The position numbers were made by a program, and so were the translations under genes. Positions 25,119-32,844 of a DNA stretch of 32,844 nucleotides are shown piece by piece. Below the pieces are notes generated by a model. That model saw only the letters and a list, made by a program, of their open reading frames with translations, was not told the origin of the DNA and made no database searches. Position 1 is the first letter of the stretch; every line of letters starts with the position of its first letter. This DNA is from a virus (taxonomy: Duplodnaviria > Caudoviricetes): IMG/VR virus record IMGVR_UViG_3300017909_002275, positions 1 to 32,844 of that record; one strand, 5' to 3'.

Positions 25119-26105
25119 CTATCGACTTGGCCTTGGAATTGGGCCACCTGCAATACTTCCAGACTCAGTGAGAGGGCCGCCTGAGCCAAGGTACGGGCCT
25201 CCCAAGCCTCCTAAAAAATCACCAATCGCACCAGTTCCATAGTCAAGTAATGTGCCAGAAAGCGCACCGCCAAGAACATCTCCCATTCCGTAACCAGGCA
25301 TCGTGTAAACAGGTTTGGTCGTTGTTCCTGTGCCAGAAACTGTTGCGCCCTGAATTAGTTTCAAATACTCATTCAGTGCATTTACATCTTGCTGTTGTTT
25401 CAAAAAGTCTTGCTGTGACAGCAAACCTGCAAGAGCAAGTTGATTCTCAATGTTCTGATAACCAAGGCCAGCAATAGCGGGGGCGGCACCTAAGCCAGCC
25501 CCCAATGCGCCAATCCCCAACTGACCAAGCTGACCAAGACCTTTTGCGGCGGCCAGTTTTCTTTCGTAATCAGCTTGCTGTGCTTGCAGAATAGCAGGAG
25601 CGGCTGCGCTAGTAATTCCAGCACCAAGAGAGCTTCCAAACAAACCGCTTCCAAGCCTTCCACCTTCCGCAAACTGCGATGTGGTTTTTTGTATAGCGGG
25701 TGATATCAATGTGTCTAATGCATCCTGAAACGCCTGTGTTGATGTCGTATCAGGCATACCCGCCAAGCTCGTATATATATCTTGGGCAGGAGAGAGAAAT
25801 GAACCAGCACCACCAAGAAGTTGGGAAACAGCCTCTTGAGACTGTCCAAATAACGGCATCTGCTGTGTCATTTCCAAGCCTTGAGAGATACCTGAAAGCT
25901 CCAAAGGAGATAGTTCTTGGAAGGCTCCTAGCTGACCAGATTCATAAAGCTTCTGAGCCTCAGAAACAATTTGCTCATAATTAGGTGCTATGTAATCAGC
26001 AGGGTTAACTGTAGTTTGCGCCTGACTTACAGATGGTGACTTTGGTTTAGGTGCCAAAGCACTCCCCACCACCGCACTGGCTACAGCAGGAACTACACTA
26101 GACAT
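25119..26105 (-). CDS. Putative ejection (DNA pilot) protein
   Basis: Gly/Ala/Gln-rich, SQFAEGGRLGSG; synteny. Confidence 0.6.
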   Translation of the reverse strand: MSSVVPAVASAVVGSALAPKPKSPSVSQAQTTVNPADYIAPNYEQIVSEAQKLYESGQLGAFQELSPLELSGISQGLEMTQQMPLFGQSQEAVSQLLGGAGSFLSPAQDIYTSLAGMPDTTSTQAFQDALDTLISPAIQKTTSQFAEGGRLGSGLFGSSLGAGITSAAAPAILQAQQADYERKLAAAKGLGQLGQLGIGALGAGLGAAPAIAGLGYQNIENQLALAGLLSQQDFLKQQQDVNALNEYLKLIQGATVSGTGTTTKPVYTMPGYGMGDVLGGALSGTLLDYGTGAIGDFLGGLGGPYLGSGGPLTESGSIAGGPIPRPSR

Positions 26106-26106
26106 A

Positions 26107-26475
26107 TCAAATCTCCTTCTCAAAGATTCTGCTGCGTTCTTTATAGCCGCCGAGAGCTTTTCCCCAGCCAGCACGCCCATTTATCAACACTTTACTACAG
26201 CCCTTATCTTTTGCCAAGTTTTCTATGTGTTTTGTCATTTCAGCTAACTCTTTCAAATCTCCGCCAGCAAGATGATAAAGAAGGGCTTTGGCTAAACGAC
26301 TTTCAATAACCTGAGTAACTATCGCGCTATCTTTGCCCATCCATAAATCTGCTTGATTTGTAGCCAACATGTCCCTGATATCATCTATATCAAGCATCCC
26401 ATCGCTGTACTCTAAGGCATCAACAAGGTATCCCTTAGCTTTTCCCCAGTCTTTGCTTTCCCCTCTGTAAATCAT
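26107..26475 (-). CDS. Acetyltransferase-fold tail assembly protein (T7 gp13 position)
   Basis: LAGGDL...AKDKGC...GRAGW motif and position. Confidence 0.55.
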   Translation of the reverse strand: MIYRGESKDWGKAKGYLVDALEYSDGMLDIDDIRDMLATNQADLWMGKDSAIVTQVIESRLAKALLYHLAGGDLKELAEMTKHIENLAKDKGCSKVLINGRAGWGKALGGYKERSRIFEKEI

Positions 26476-26780
26476 CAGCCTATGATAACGTAACCAAAAT
26501 CATGGCTCTGCCCGTTGTTTCCAGAGCCGACAACAAAACTGCCATTACTGCGGCTTTTAATCCACGGGTGATTGTGGCTTCCGTCACCGCCAAGGGCAAT
26601 CAATAATATTATGCTGTTTACGCTGGCCCTTCGGTCATTCACTGTCAGTTCTGTAGTGCCAGAGCTAATCGTGAACTCACCCGTAGAGTTAATCTTGCCC
26701 TCCATGATGTTGTTCACCACTTCAGAAATCTGACGAGGTGAACCACCCTCTTTGGGAAGATTGCGGAACTGATTAGCCAT
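26475..26780 (-). CDS. Small virion protein
   Basis: Coupled downstream of the tail nozzle; GKINSTG...YVIIG. Confidence 0.6.
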   Translation of the reverse strand: MANQFRNLPKEGGSPRQISEVVNNIMEGKINSTGEFTISSGTTELTVNDRRASVNSIILLIALGGDGSHNHPWIKSRSNGSFVVGSGNNGQSHDFGYVIIG

Positions 26781-28258
26781 TATCTACGGCCCCTAATCTG
26801 ACCATCAACATCAATACCTTGCACATTTGTCCAGCTTCCGCTCAGGTTCAGGCGAACACGATGGAAACGACCAGAAGAGCGCACAGGGCAGAAGTTGTCA
26901 GTATTTAGGGTCGATGCTGCACCAAAAGCAACTTCGGCATTACCAGAGTCTCTAGAGGAAACCTGAGCAGTAACGGTAAGAGTAGAGCCACTATCGTTTT
27001 CAATGTATGGAATAATTCCACTTACAAGAGAGCTTCTTCCCGCTTGCAGGTCGAACTCGCCAGTCTCAACAATGGCGTCTAAGTTATCGCCTGTGAAGGT
27101 TTGAATCTTTTTATCTTTTGCTCCAGCAAAGAAAAATTCACCGCCCTTGTAAACTGCGGAGTCGAGAGAGCTAGGCAGTGTGTCTAGGTTTGTAGAGATA
27201 GTTGCAAGCCCCTCAAGCGTATAGCCAGCCGTAAACAGAGGTGCCATTGCATCTAGTCCGATGCTGGCTGTACTCCAGCCATTTGTTGCGTAGTTGTAAA
27301 TAAGAAGCTCATCAGGCGTACCATCACCAGAGTCAACACTCGGATAAGACCACACAACAATCTGACGAGAGGGGTCAACAACAGCACTCATACGCGCAGC
27401 GTTATTCGATTGAAACCTTTTCAGGAAAAACCTGTTTATCTTCTCTGCTCCAATGGGTTGAGAAGAGTTACCGTCAAATACATAAAAACCATCGTCAGAA
27501 AGATAAAATACATTGCGACCAATAGCGGCAACAGAACCAGAAACCTTACAGCCACGTTGCAACTGAACTTTATCAAATTCAAAAACAAGCGGCGAACCAA
27601 CATACTGTGCGCGTACAATTCCCTTCTCCATTAGGATGGTTGCATATTCACCACCAACAAGACCAGTGACAGCCCCCATATCTGAGATGTCCTGAAAGTC
27701 TGCCTGTGTGTCGGGGTCAATAGCCCAACTATCATAATCACCAATCCCAGACCATCGAACACGATACGGCTTTTCACCATCAGTGGTATCATTAGTGTAA
27801 CCACACATTACAAAATCACGCACAACAGCAATAAACCGTGCTTTAGGTGGGGAGCCGCCTAAATCAGCAAATCGACCACCCCCTGCTGCTGTAATTGTTT
27901 GGATAGGGTCACTATAATTAGTGGCAATAACATCTTCACCAAACTGGACAAACCGCCAGACGTAGCCAGTGCCCGTTGAGTAAGATGCGTTAGATGTTTT
28001 TGAAATATCGTCAAGACTCGAATCCGTAGCGTCAAATTTGTAAAGAGAGTTTTCATCGCCAACATATATTGCAGCAGAGGCTGAGTCATCCTTTGCAGCA
28101 AACATTCCACGGATAAATTTATTTGTTGCCCCAGAAAACGGCAGAACATCAGGAAAGTTTGTATAGCCGTTTGCGGCAGGAACAACATTAGTTGCTACAG
28201 TAGCCCCAGCATTTTTATACGGAGGCTGGTCAGGTAAAAATTGTCCTAGCTTAATCAT
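26780..28258 (-). CDS. Tail nozzle / DNA stabilisation protein (P22 gp10 / T7 gp12-like)
   Basis: About 492 aa, beta-propeller-like: VRWSGIGD, RGC, VFYLSDDGFY, LIYNY. Confidence 0.75.
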   Translation of the reverse strand: MIKLGQFLPDQPPYKNAGATVATNVVPAANGYTNFPDVLPFSGATNKFIRGMFAAKDDSASAAIYVGDENSLYKFDATDSSLDDISKTSNASYSTGTGYVWRFVQFGEDVIATNYSDPIQTITAAGGGRFADLGGSPPKARFIAVVRDFVMCGYTNDTTDGEKPYRVRWSGIGDYDSWAIDPDTQADFQDISDMGAVTGLVGGEYATILMEKGIVRAQYVGSPLVFEFDKVQLQRGCKVSGSVAAIGRNVFYLSDDGFYVFDGNSSQPIGAEKINRFFLKRFQSNNAARMSAVVDPSRQIVVWSYPSVDSGDGTPDELLIYNYATNGWSTASIGLDAMAPLFTAGYTLEGLATISTNLDTLPSSLDSAVYKGGEFFFAGAKDKKIQTFTGDNLDAIVETGEFDLQAGRSSLVSGIIPYIENDSGSTLTVTAQVSSRDSGNAEVAFGAASTLNTDNFCPVRSSGRFHRVRLNLSGSWTNVQGIDVDGQIRGRR

Positions 28259-28899
28259 TGCACACCCCAAGTCTCAGAGCCTTCAGAAACAACAGTCCAA
28301 CTCTCTGTTCCTTCAGATACCTCTGTCCACGTTTCAGAGCCTTCAGAAACAACAGTCCAGATTTCTGTCCCTTCAGACACTTCTGTCCACGTTTCGTTAC
28401 CTTCGCTAACTATAGACCAGTCTTCGCCCAAAATCTCCACATCTGTTTCTCCAACAGAAATAATAGCAGACAGGGAAGATGCACCATCAAACTTACCGTT
28501 TCCAATAGCAGCAATAATGGCCTCAGTAGCAGGAGTTGCAGAACCTATCGCAAGAAGACCACCAGCAGCAGTCATGGTGGCTGGGCCAACAACCAAAGAT
28601 GCGCCAAACTGTACTCTAATACCATCTGATGTGATTGTAACGGCAACGCTTGGGCTACCCTCACCAAACTGTATTCTTATGCCTTCTGAAGTTACTGTGG
28701 ACGATGCAGACGGTGTTGAGGCACCAAACTGAATCCTAATGCCAGATGATGATACAGTTGCTGAGACAGACGGTGTAGCCTCACCTTCACGCAGGGCTAA
28801 CGTATTCCAAAACGCAGCGTCAAGAGCCTGATTAGGTAGTTGCTCTAAGTAACCCCAGTTATCAAGCTGCTCAAGGTTTGGCCCTACAATGTCAGCCAT
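28255..28899 (-). CDS. Virion protein with internal and C-terminal repeats
   Basis: GIRIQFG-like x3 and W(T/S)xVSEGxEx x5. Confidence 0.75.
   Translation of the reverse strand: MADIVGPNLEQLDNWGYLEQLPNQALDAAFWNTLALREGEATPSVSATVSSSGIRIQFGASTPSASSTVTSEGIRIQFGEGSPSVAVTITSDGIRVQFGASLVVGPATMTAAGGLLAIGSATPATEAIIAAIGNGKFDGASSLSAIISVGETDVEILGEDWSIVSEGNETWTEVSEGTEIWTVVSEGSETWTEVSEGTESWTVVSEGSETWGVQ
28268..28419 (-). repeat. 30-bp coding tandem repeat x5
   Basis: WSIVSEGNET WTEVSEGTEI WTVVSEGSET WTEVSEGTES WTVVSEGSET. Confidence 0.85.
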
Positions 28900-28901
28900 A
28901 G

Positions 28902-29291
28902 CTAAGCTGCCGTAATGTCAATACCTGATGCAGCAATCTTAAAGATGTCACCGTCAGCGATAGTTTTTGATGTGGTTAGCGCAGAGTGGAAAAGAAGGTT
29001 GCCACTCGTTGCTGCATCCCATAAGCCGATATGAGTAATCGTTCCAAAAGAACCGCCAGAAGCAGCAGGAAACTCAACGGCACCACTATTAGAAGCAGTA
29101 CCAGACGAAGCAGCACCGAAAGTAATCGTTTGACGAGCATATCCATTCCCGCTTACTTCTGTGCCCGTTCCAGCGTCTGTGGGGTCGGCAGTGTGCAGTG
29201 CAACATAAACATTAGTTGGAGAAGACGTGCTAGACGTTCCAAGAAAGTGGTCGAGAAACTTGTTCTCAAGGTAATCACTCATTGCGCTCAT
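28902..29291 (-). CDS. Conserved virion (fibre/decoration-like) protein
   Basis: MSDYLEN...YVALHTADP...EVSGNGYAR...ITHIGLWDAATSGNLL. Confidence 0.7.
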   Translation of the reverse strand: MSAMSDYLENKFLDHFLGTSSTSSPTNVYVALHTADPTDAGTGTEVSGNGYARQTITFGAASSGTASNSGAVEFPAASGGSFGTITHIGLWDAATSGNLLFHSALTTSKTIADGDIFKIAASGIDITAA

Positions 29292-29917
29292 GTCAGTTCT
29301 CCGTAATCAGATTTCATTTGAAGTGCAGAGCCAGCTTGTTTGCTCCGTTCTTCTTCGCGCTTAACTTCATCAATAGCCCGTGTAAACAACTGTTCATACA
29401 CAGTAGTTTTCTGGTCGTCCATCAAATATACACTAGCCGCAGCCAAAGAACCATAAAGATATGCGTCTGGATGACGAGTTAGTATCTCATTGGTAGTATT
29501 GCTGTCAGAAAGGTCTGGCACACCTTCTTGATACACAATCTCTGCCGTGTACGATGAGTCAGGCTCTGGAGCAAACTTAATCTCACCACCGATAATAGTA
29601 TACGCACGAGGCTTACCTTGTGCATTGCTTGCGTACAACTCATCCAGCTTTGCTGGTGTGTAATACTCAAGAACCTCTTTAGGAGATGTGTTTAGCTTAA
29701 CCAAGCGTATAGAGCGCAGGTCTGTTGGCAAAGAAACGTATGCGTCACCGCTCACAAGAGTAGCCGTAGCTCTTTTCTCCTGACTACGAGCGTTCATCTC
29801 ACGGGACATGCGAGACTCTGCAAGAGATATAAAATCTGGAATTTGCGTGGTCAAATCATCACGAGCCAAAAAGTTGGCAATAGATGTTTTTAGCTCAGAA
29901 TAATTTGTGATAGCCAT
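29288..29917 (-). CDS. Head-tail adaptor protein
   Basis: YSELKTSIANFLAR...FISLAE...LPTD...PDAYLYGSL. Confidence 0.75.
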   Translation of the reverse strand: MAITNYSELKTSIANFLARDDLTTQIPDFISLAESRMSREMNARSQEKRATATLVSGDAYVSLPTDLRSIRLVKLNTSPKEVLEYYTPAKLDELYASNAQGKPRAYTIIGGEIKFAPEPDSSYTAEIVYQEGVPDLSDSNTTNEILTRHPDAYLYGSLAAASVYLMDDQKTTVYEQLFTRAIDEVKREEERSKQAGSALQMKSDYGELT

Positions 29918-30243
29918 TATACGTTGCCGCCGCCAGTTCTAAAGAACCTGTTGTCATAATCATTCAGCCACTTCTTCCAAGCCTTCGGATTATGCTTTGG
30001 TTCACCCAATTCTTTAATAAGCTGATGATACAGAGCCGAAGGTATTTCTGCAACCTTCTGGTGGTGTTTTTGTGTATTACCAATCAGAGAGTCTTGCCTA
30101 TAGCTGTTTCTCTCTTCCCTGTTACGAGAAAGCATAGCGTCTACGTTCTGCTTACTCTCGTAAATAATCTTGCCATCTTCGTTAAAATGCGCCCACGTTT
30201 CCTTACCAGAAAGAGGGTCAGACGTAACAAGTCTCTTCTTCAT
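29917..30243 (-). CDS. Conserved hypothetical protein after the capsid gene
   Basis: VAEIP...KKWLNDYDNRFFRT. Confidence 0.75.
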   Translation of the reverse strand: MKKRLVTSDPLSGKETWAHFNEDGKIIYESKQNVDAMLSRNREERNSYRQDSLIGNTQKHHQKVAEIPSALYHQLIKELGEPKHNPKAWKKWLNDYDNRFFRTGGGNV

Positions 30244-30262
30244 CTTTCTCCCCGAAAGTAAT

Positions 30263-30284
30263 GGGGGTAGCCGAAGCTACCCCC
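30263..30284 (-). terminator. Hairpin after the major capsid gene (probably a leaky terminator)
   Basis: GGGGGTAGC-TTCG-GCTACCCCC followed by a weak ATTACTTT tail. Confidence 0.65.
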
Positions 30285-30291
30285 TGAAGAC

Positions 30292-31230
30292 TTACGACAG
30301 GTCGTAAACCGCACCGTGAGCTTTTGGTGCAGATACTTTCAGAGTAAATTCCGTAATGATTTGGAACTTCTCTGAGTCACCCGTTTTAGCCAAATCGTCA
30401 ACCGTGAAGTTACGGTTGGGAAGTGTACAGATGCTTGCGTAGTCACTGTCGAGCAGATACACGCGGTCATCTGAGGCAAAACGGTCAATGACCACATCAA
30501 GCTGACCATAGTCGCTGAGATACAGCGAAACCGACCCAACGATAGCTGCCTCACGAGGAGCAGTATAGTTGATTTGGTTGGTAGCAACTGAACCACTGTT
30601 CAGGTCGCTAAAGGTAGCTTTCTTGGCAGGAGAAACAACGAGCATGTTCGGCTGACCACCATCGGTGTAAGCAGCTTGCATGGCGTTATCAATCTGAGCC
30701 AAAGTCAGTGCGCGGTTCGTACCAGTCATATCAGGTACGTCTGTGCCATCACCAGTAGCAGCAGAGGTGCCAGAGGCATCATCTACATTGGTAATCCAGC
30801 TTGACAGAGTACCAGCTTTGCGCGGGTCAGATGCGCTACGAGCCGTATCTGAGTTCAGATACTTTTCTATGTCGCGGCGCAACTCAAGTCCTTTAAGAAC
30901 TTTTTGGTATGCGACTTCCGCATCACGCCCCGCCTTATCAACAGCGTCCAGAGTGCCAGAAACTTGTGCATCTTTCTGTGAAATCTGCATGTAGTTTCCG
31001 AGGCGAGTCGTAGCTGTCGGGGTTGCGTATGATGCATCAGCACCTTCGTTTTGGTAGTTGGTTGCTACGGCAGCAGCCAATTCTTGTACTTGCCACTCGA
31101 CAAATACACCGTTACCAGTTTCCTTCCGCAGAGCAGAAAAAATTGGAGTTTCATCTGGGTCGATGCGAGTGATTACATCACTCAGGTCTTCCCGTTCGCC
31201 AACTGCGTTGGCTGTAGTAAATTGTGCCAT
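30292..31230 (-). CDS. Major capsid protein (DUF5309/SU10-like)
   Basis: GEREDLSDVI...ETP...EWQ...EGAD...NYMQI...ELRRDIE; follows the scaffold. Confidence 0.9.
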   Translation of the reverse strand: MAQFTTANAVGEREDLSDVITRIDPDETPIFSALRKETGNGVFVEWQVQELAAAVATNYQNEGADASYATPTATTRLGNYMQISQKDAQVSGTLDAVDKAGRDAEVAYQKVLKGLELRRDIEKYLNSDTARSASDPRKAGTLSSWITNVDDASGTSAATGDGTDVPDMTGTNRALTLAQIDNAMQAAYTDGGQPNMLVVSPAKKATFSDLNSGSVATNQINYTAPREAAIVGSVSLYLSDYGQLDVVIDRFASDDRVYLLDSDYASICTLPNRNFTVDDLAKTGDSEKFQIITEFTLKVSAPKAHGAVYDLS

Positions 31231-31231
31231 T

Positions 31232-32281
31232 TTAAGACCTCATTCTCTCTAATAGTACGGCGACAGCATCTTCTTTGCTGCCAGATTTATTTAGGCGTTC
31301 AAGTGCCTGTTTCTTACGATTAGCATTAGCTTGAGCTTTGGTCGTTGGTTTGCCTGACTTAGTGACCTTCGGGGCTTTCTTTACTTTCTTTTCAGCTACT
31401 GGCTTTTTAGCCATCAACTCATCGTAAAGATATGCCTTGCGAAGTGCCAATACTGCTCGACTATCCGATGTAGCGGCAAGTTCAGCTTCAGAAAAACCTA
31501 AGTTGCGTTGAGCATAAGAGATAATAGCTTGCTTCTCTTTTGCTGCAACGTCAGGGTCTTTCCAGTCTGGCAAGGCTTCAAGAAGTTTCTCTTGCTCTCT
31601 TACCAAGTGAGCTTGATGCTGTTGCACAAACTCCTGCTGACGTTCTTCCTGTACACGCACCTGTTCAGCTTTTACTTTTTCCATCGCTTCCTTACGGTCA
31701 CGATAAGCCTCACGTTGGCGCATATACTCCATCGGGTCTTCGCTGTAGAGGTTATCCCAATACTCTTGGGGCTTCTCTTCAGCAGAGCTTAGCTGGCCTT
31801 CTAACGATTGCAAAGCCTGAGCATATTGCTCTCGTTGCTGCGCTAGGGCGGCTACCTCTGCTTCTGAGTTCTTACGAATCTCAGCAGCTTCTTGCATCCG
31901 CTTTTGTGCAGCCTGCTCCAACTGATAAGATTTGACAAGTTCGTCAGCGGTGACGTTCTTCTCTTCACCATCAATCTTCACAGTGTAGTATTCTGTCTCG
32001 TCTTCGACTTCTTCAATCTCAGATACGTCAACGTCATACTCTTCATCATCCTCATAATCCTCATCAGCTTCGGATAGCTCTTGCGCGTCCTCAACCTCAA
32101 ATTCATCTTCAGATGTCGCCTCAGTTTCTTCGACCTCAACGGCCTCTTCAACTTCGGCTACAGGCTCTTGAGCATCTCCGCTTGCCTCTTCAGGGGCGTT
32201 GGTGTTCAAGAGAAGGTCAACAGCTTGACCCTTACTAAGTGACTCTCCAGTTCCTAACAGGGTGCTGGGTTCATCGCTCAT
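31232..32281 (-). CDS. Capsid scaffolding protein
   Basis: Acidic N-terminus, YTVKIDGEE...ELVKSYQ, coiled coil, basic C-terminus. Confidence 0.85.
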   Translation of the reverse strand: MSDEPSTLLGTGESLSKGQAVDLLLNTNAPEEASGDAQEPVAEVEEAVEVEETEATSEDEFEVEDAQELSEADEDYEDDEEYDVDVSEIEEVEDETEYYTVKIDGEEKNVTADELVKSYQLEQAAQKRMQEAAEIRKNSEAEVAALAQQREQYAQALQSLEGQLSSAEEKPQEYWDNLYSEDPMEYMRQREAYRDRKEAMEKVKAEQVRVQEERQQEFVQQHQAHLVREQEKLLEALPDWKDPDVAAKEKQAIISYAQRNLGFSEAELAATSDSRAVLALRKAYLYDELMAKKPVAEKKVKKAPKVTKSGKPTTKAQANANRKKQALERLNKSGSKEDAVAVLLERMRS

Positions 32282-32303
32282 TTCGTTTCTCCTCTATAAA
32301 TCT

Positions 32304-32555
32304 TTAAGAGCCTAGCTCTATCTTTGCTAAGTTGCCTGTCTCGACAACCTCATTCAAATGGCCTTGCACCACCATTAGTGCTTGGTACATCTGAAATAGC
32401 GTTTCTCGTTCATCAGCAGATGACGAGGGATTTTTCCAAGCGTCCAAGTAAGTCTCCTCTAACTTACTAAACGCTTCCAAGATAAGAGGGTCACGAAGCA
32501 ATGCTTTTGCGCGCTCACCCCTATCCTGTTCCCCCCTTAGTTTCCCTTCATTCAT
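32304..32555 (-). CDS. Conserved small protein between portal and scaffold
   Basis: RAKALLRDP...ERETLF; AAGGAG RBS. Confidence 0.75.
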   Translation of the reverse strand: MNEGKLRGEQDRGERAKALLRDPLILEAFSKLEETYLDAWKNPSSSADERETLFQMYQALMVVQGHLNEVVETGNLAKIELGS

Positions 32556-32566
32556 TCACATCTCCT

Positions 32567-32603
32567 TGTTGCAAAAATATCACACAATGCTTTTTACGCA
32601 AGA
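32567..32603 (-). promoter_or_regulatory. Putative head-operon promoter (TTGCGT-N16-TATTTT) with the shared late motif
   Basis: GTTGCAAAAATATCACACA, 18/19 identical to 5299-5317. Confidence 0.6.
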
Positions 32604-32607
32604 TATT

Positions 32608-32844
32608 TTATACACGAGGTAGATTTGTTGATGTTTCTATGCCAGAGCGCACCTTTTCTGTACGAAGCTGCATTTCAAACTCAAGCTCTTGGCGACGAAG
32701 CTCAAGTTCAGCAGCCATCTTCTCGCGTTTAAGCTGGAACTCCATCTCCATTTTCTGTTGCTCCATCTGCAACTCAGCTTGCATTTTTTGCATTTCAGCA
32801 GCCAAAGCAGGGTCTTGCTGCGGCCCAGCCTGTTGAGCAGCCTG
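32608..32844 (-). CDS. Portal protein, 3' end
   Basis: Gln/Glu-rich barrel-type tail, in frame with 1-1929 through the terminal repeat. Confidence 0.85.
   Translation of the reverse strand, partial: QAAQQAGPQQDPALAAEMQKMQAELQMEQQKMEMEFQLKREKMAAELELRRQELEFEMQLRTEKVRSGIETSTNLPRV
32704..32844. repeat. Terminal 141-bp exact repeat (copy 2)
   Basis: Identical to 1-141. Confidence 0.95.

Noticed and set aside
32704-32844. 141-bp terminal repeat as a biological DTR
   Set aside because: It falls inside the portal ORF and its length matches a standard assembler k-mer, so it indicates circular assembly only

Overview
The window is a complete, circularly assembled genome of a tailed dsDNA phage, 32,703 bp unique. 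Bases 1-141 are repeated exactly at 32704-32844, and the portal gene runs across that junction. The gene set points to a podovirus-like phage, probably marine and HTVC010P/uvMED-like, infecting an Alphaproteobacterium (inference). The minus-strand late arm runs terS, terL, seven tiny ORFs, portal, scaffold, major capsid, adaptor/tail, ejection proteins, a branched multi-fibre module, holin and an M15 endolysin. A plus-strand early module encodes ArdC and a Gp88/DUF7227-like protein. A lambdoid-style replication/recombination region encodes a Cro-like protein, resolvase, HTH initiator with internal iterons, exonuclease, Sak, SSB and a DnaA domain IV protein. No integrase, CI, DNA polymerase, RT, tRNA or CRISPR was seen. 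The most striking feature is a second, non-coding, inverted copy of the iteron origin (4670-4765, matching 8571-8667). The 3.8 kb between the two copies has no GANTC site, almost no GGAG/CTCC, and carries the anti-restriction/early genes separated by covarying hairpins. All counts and alignments were done by eye and family names come from motif recognition, not database searches.
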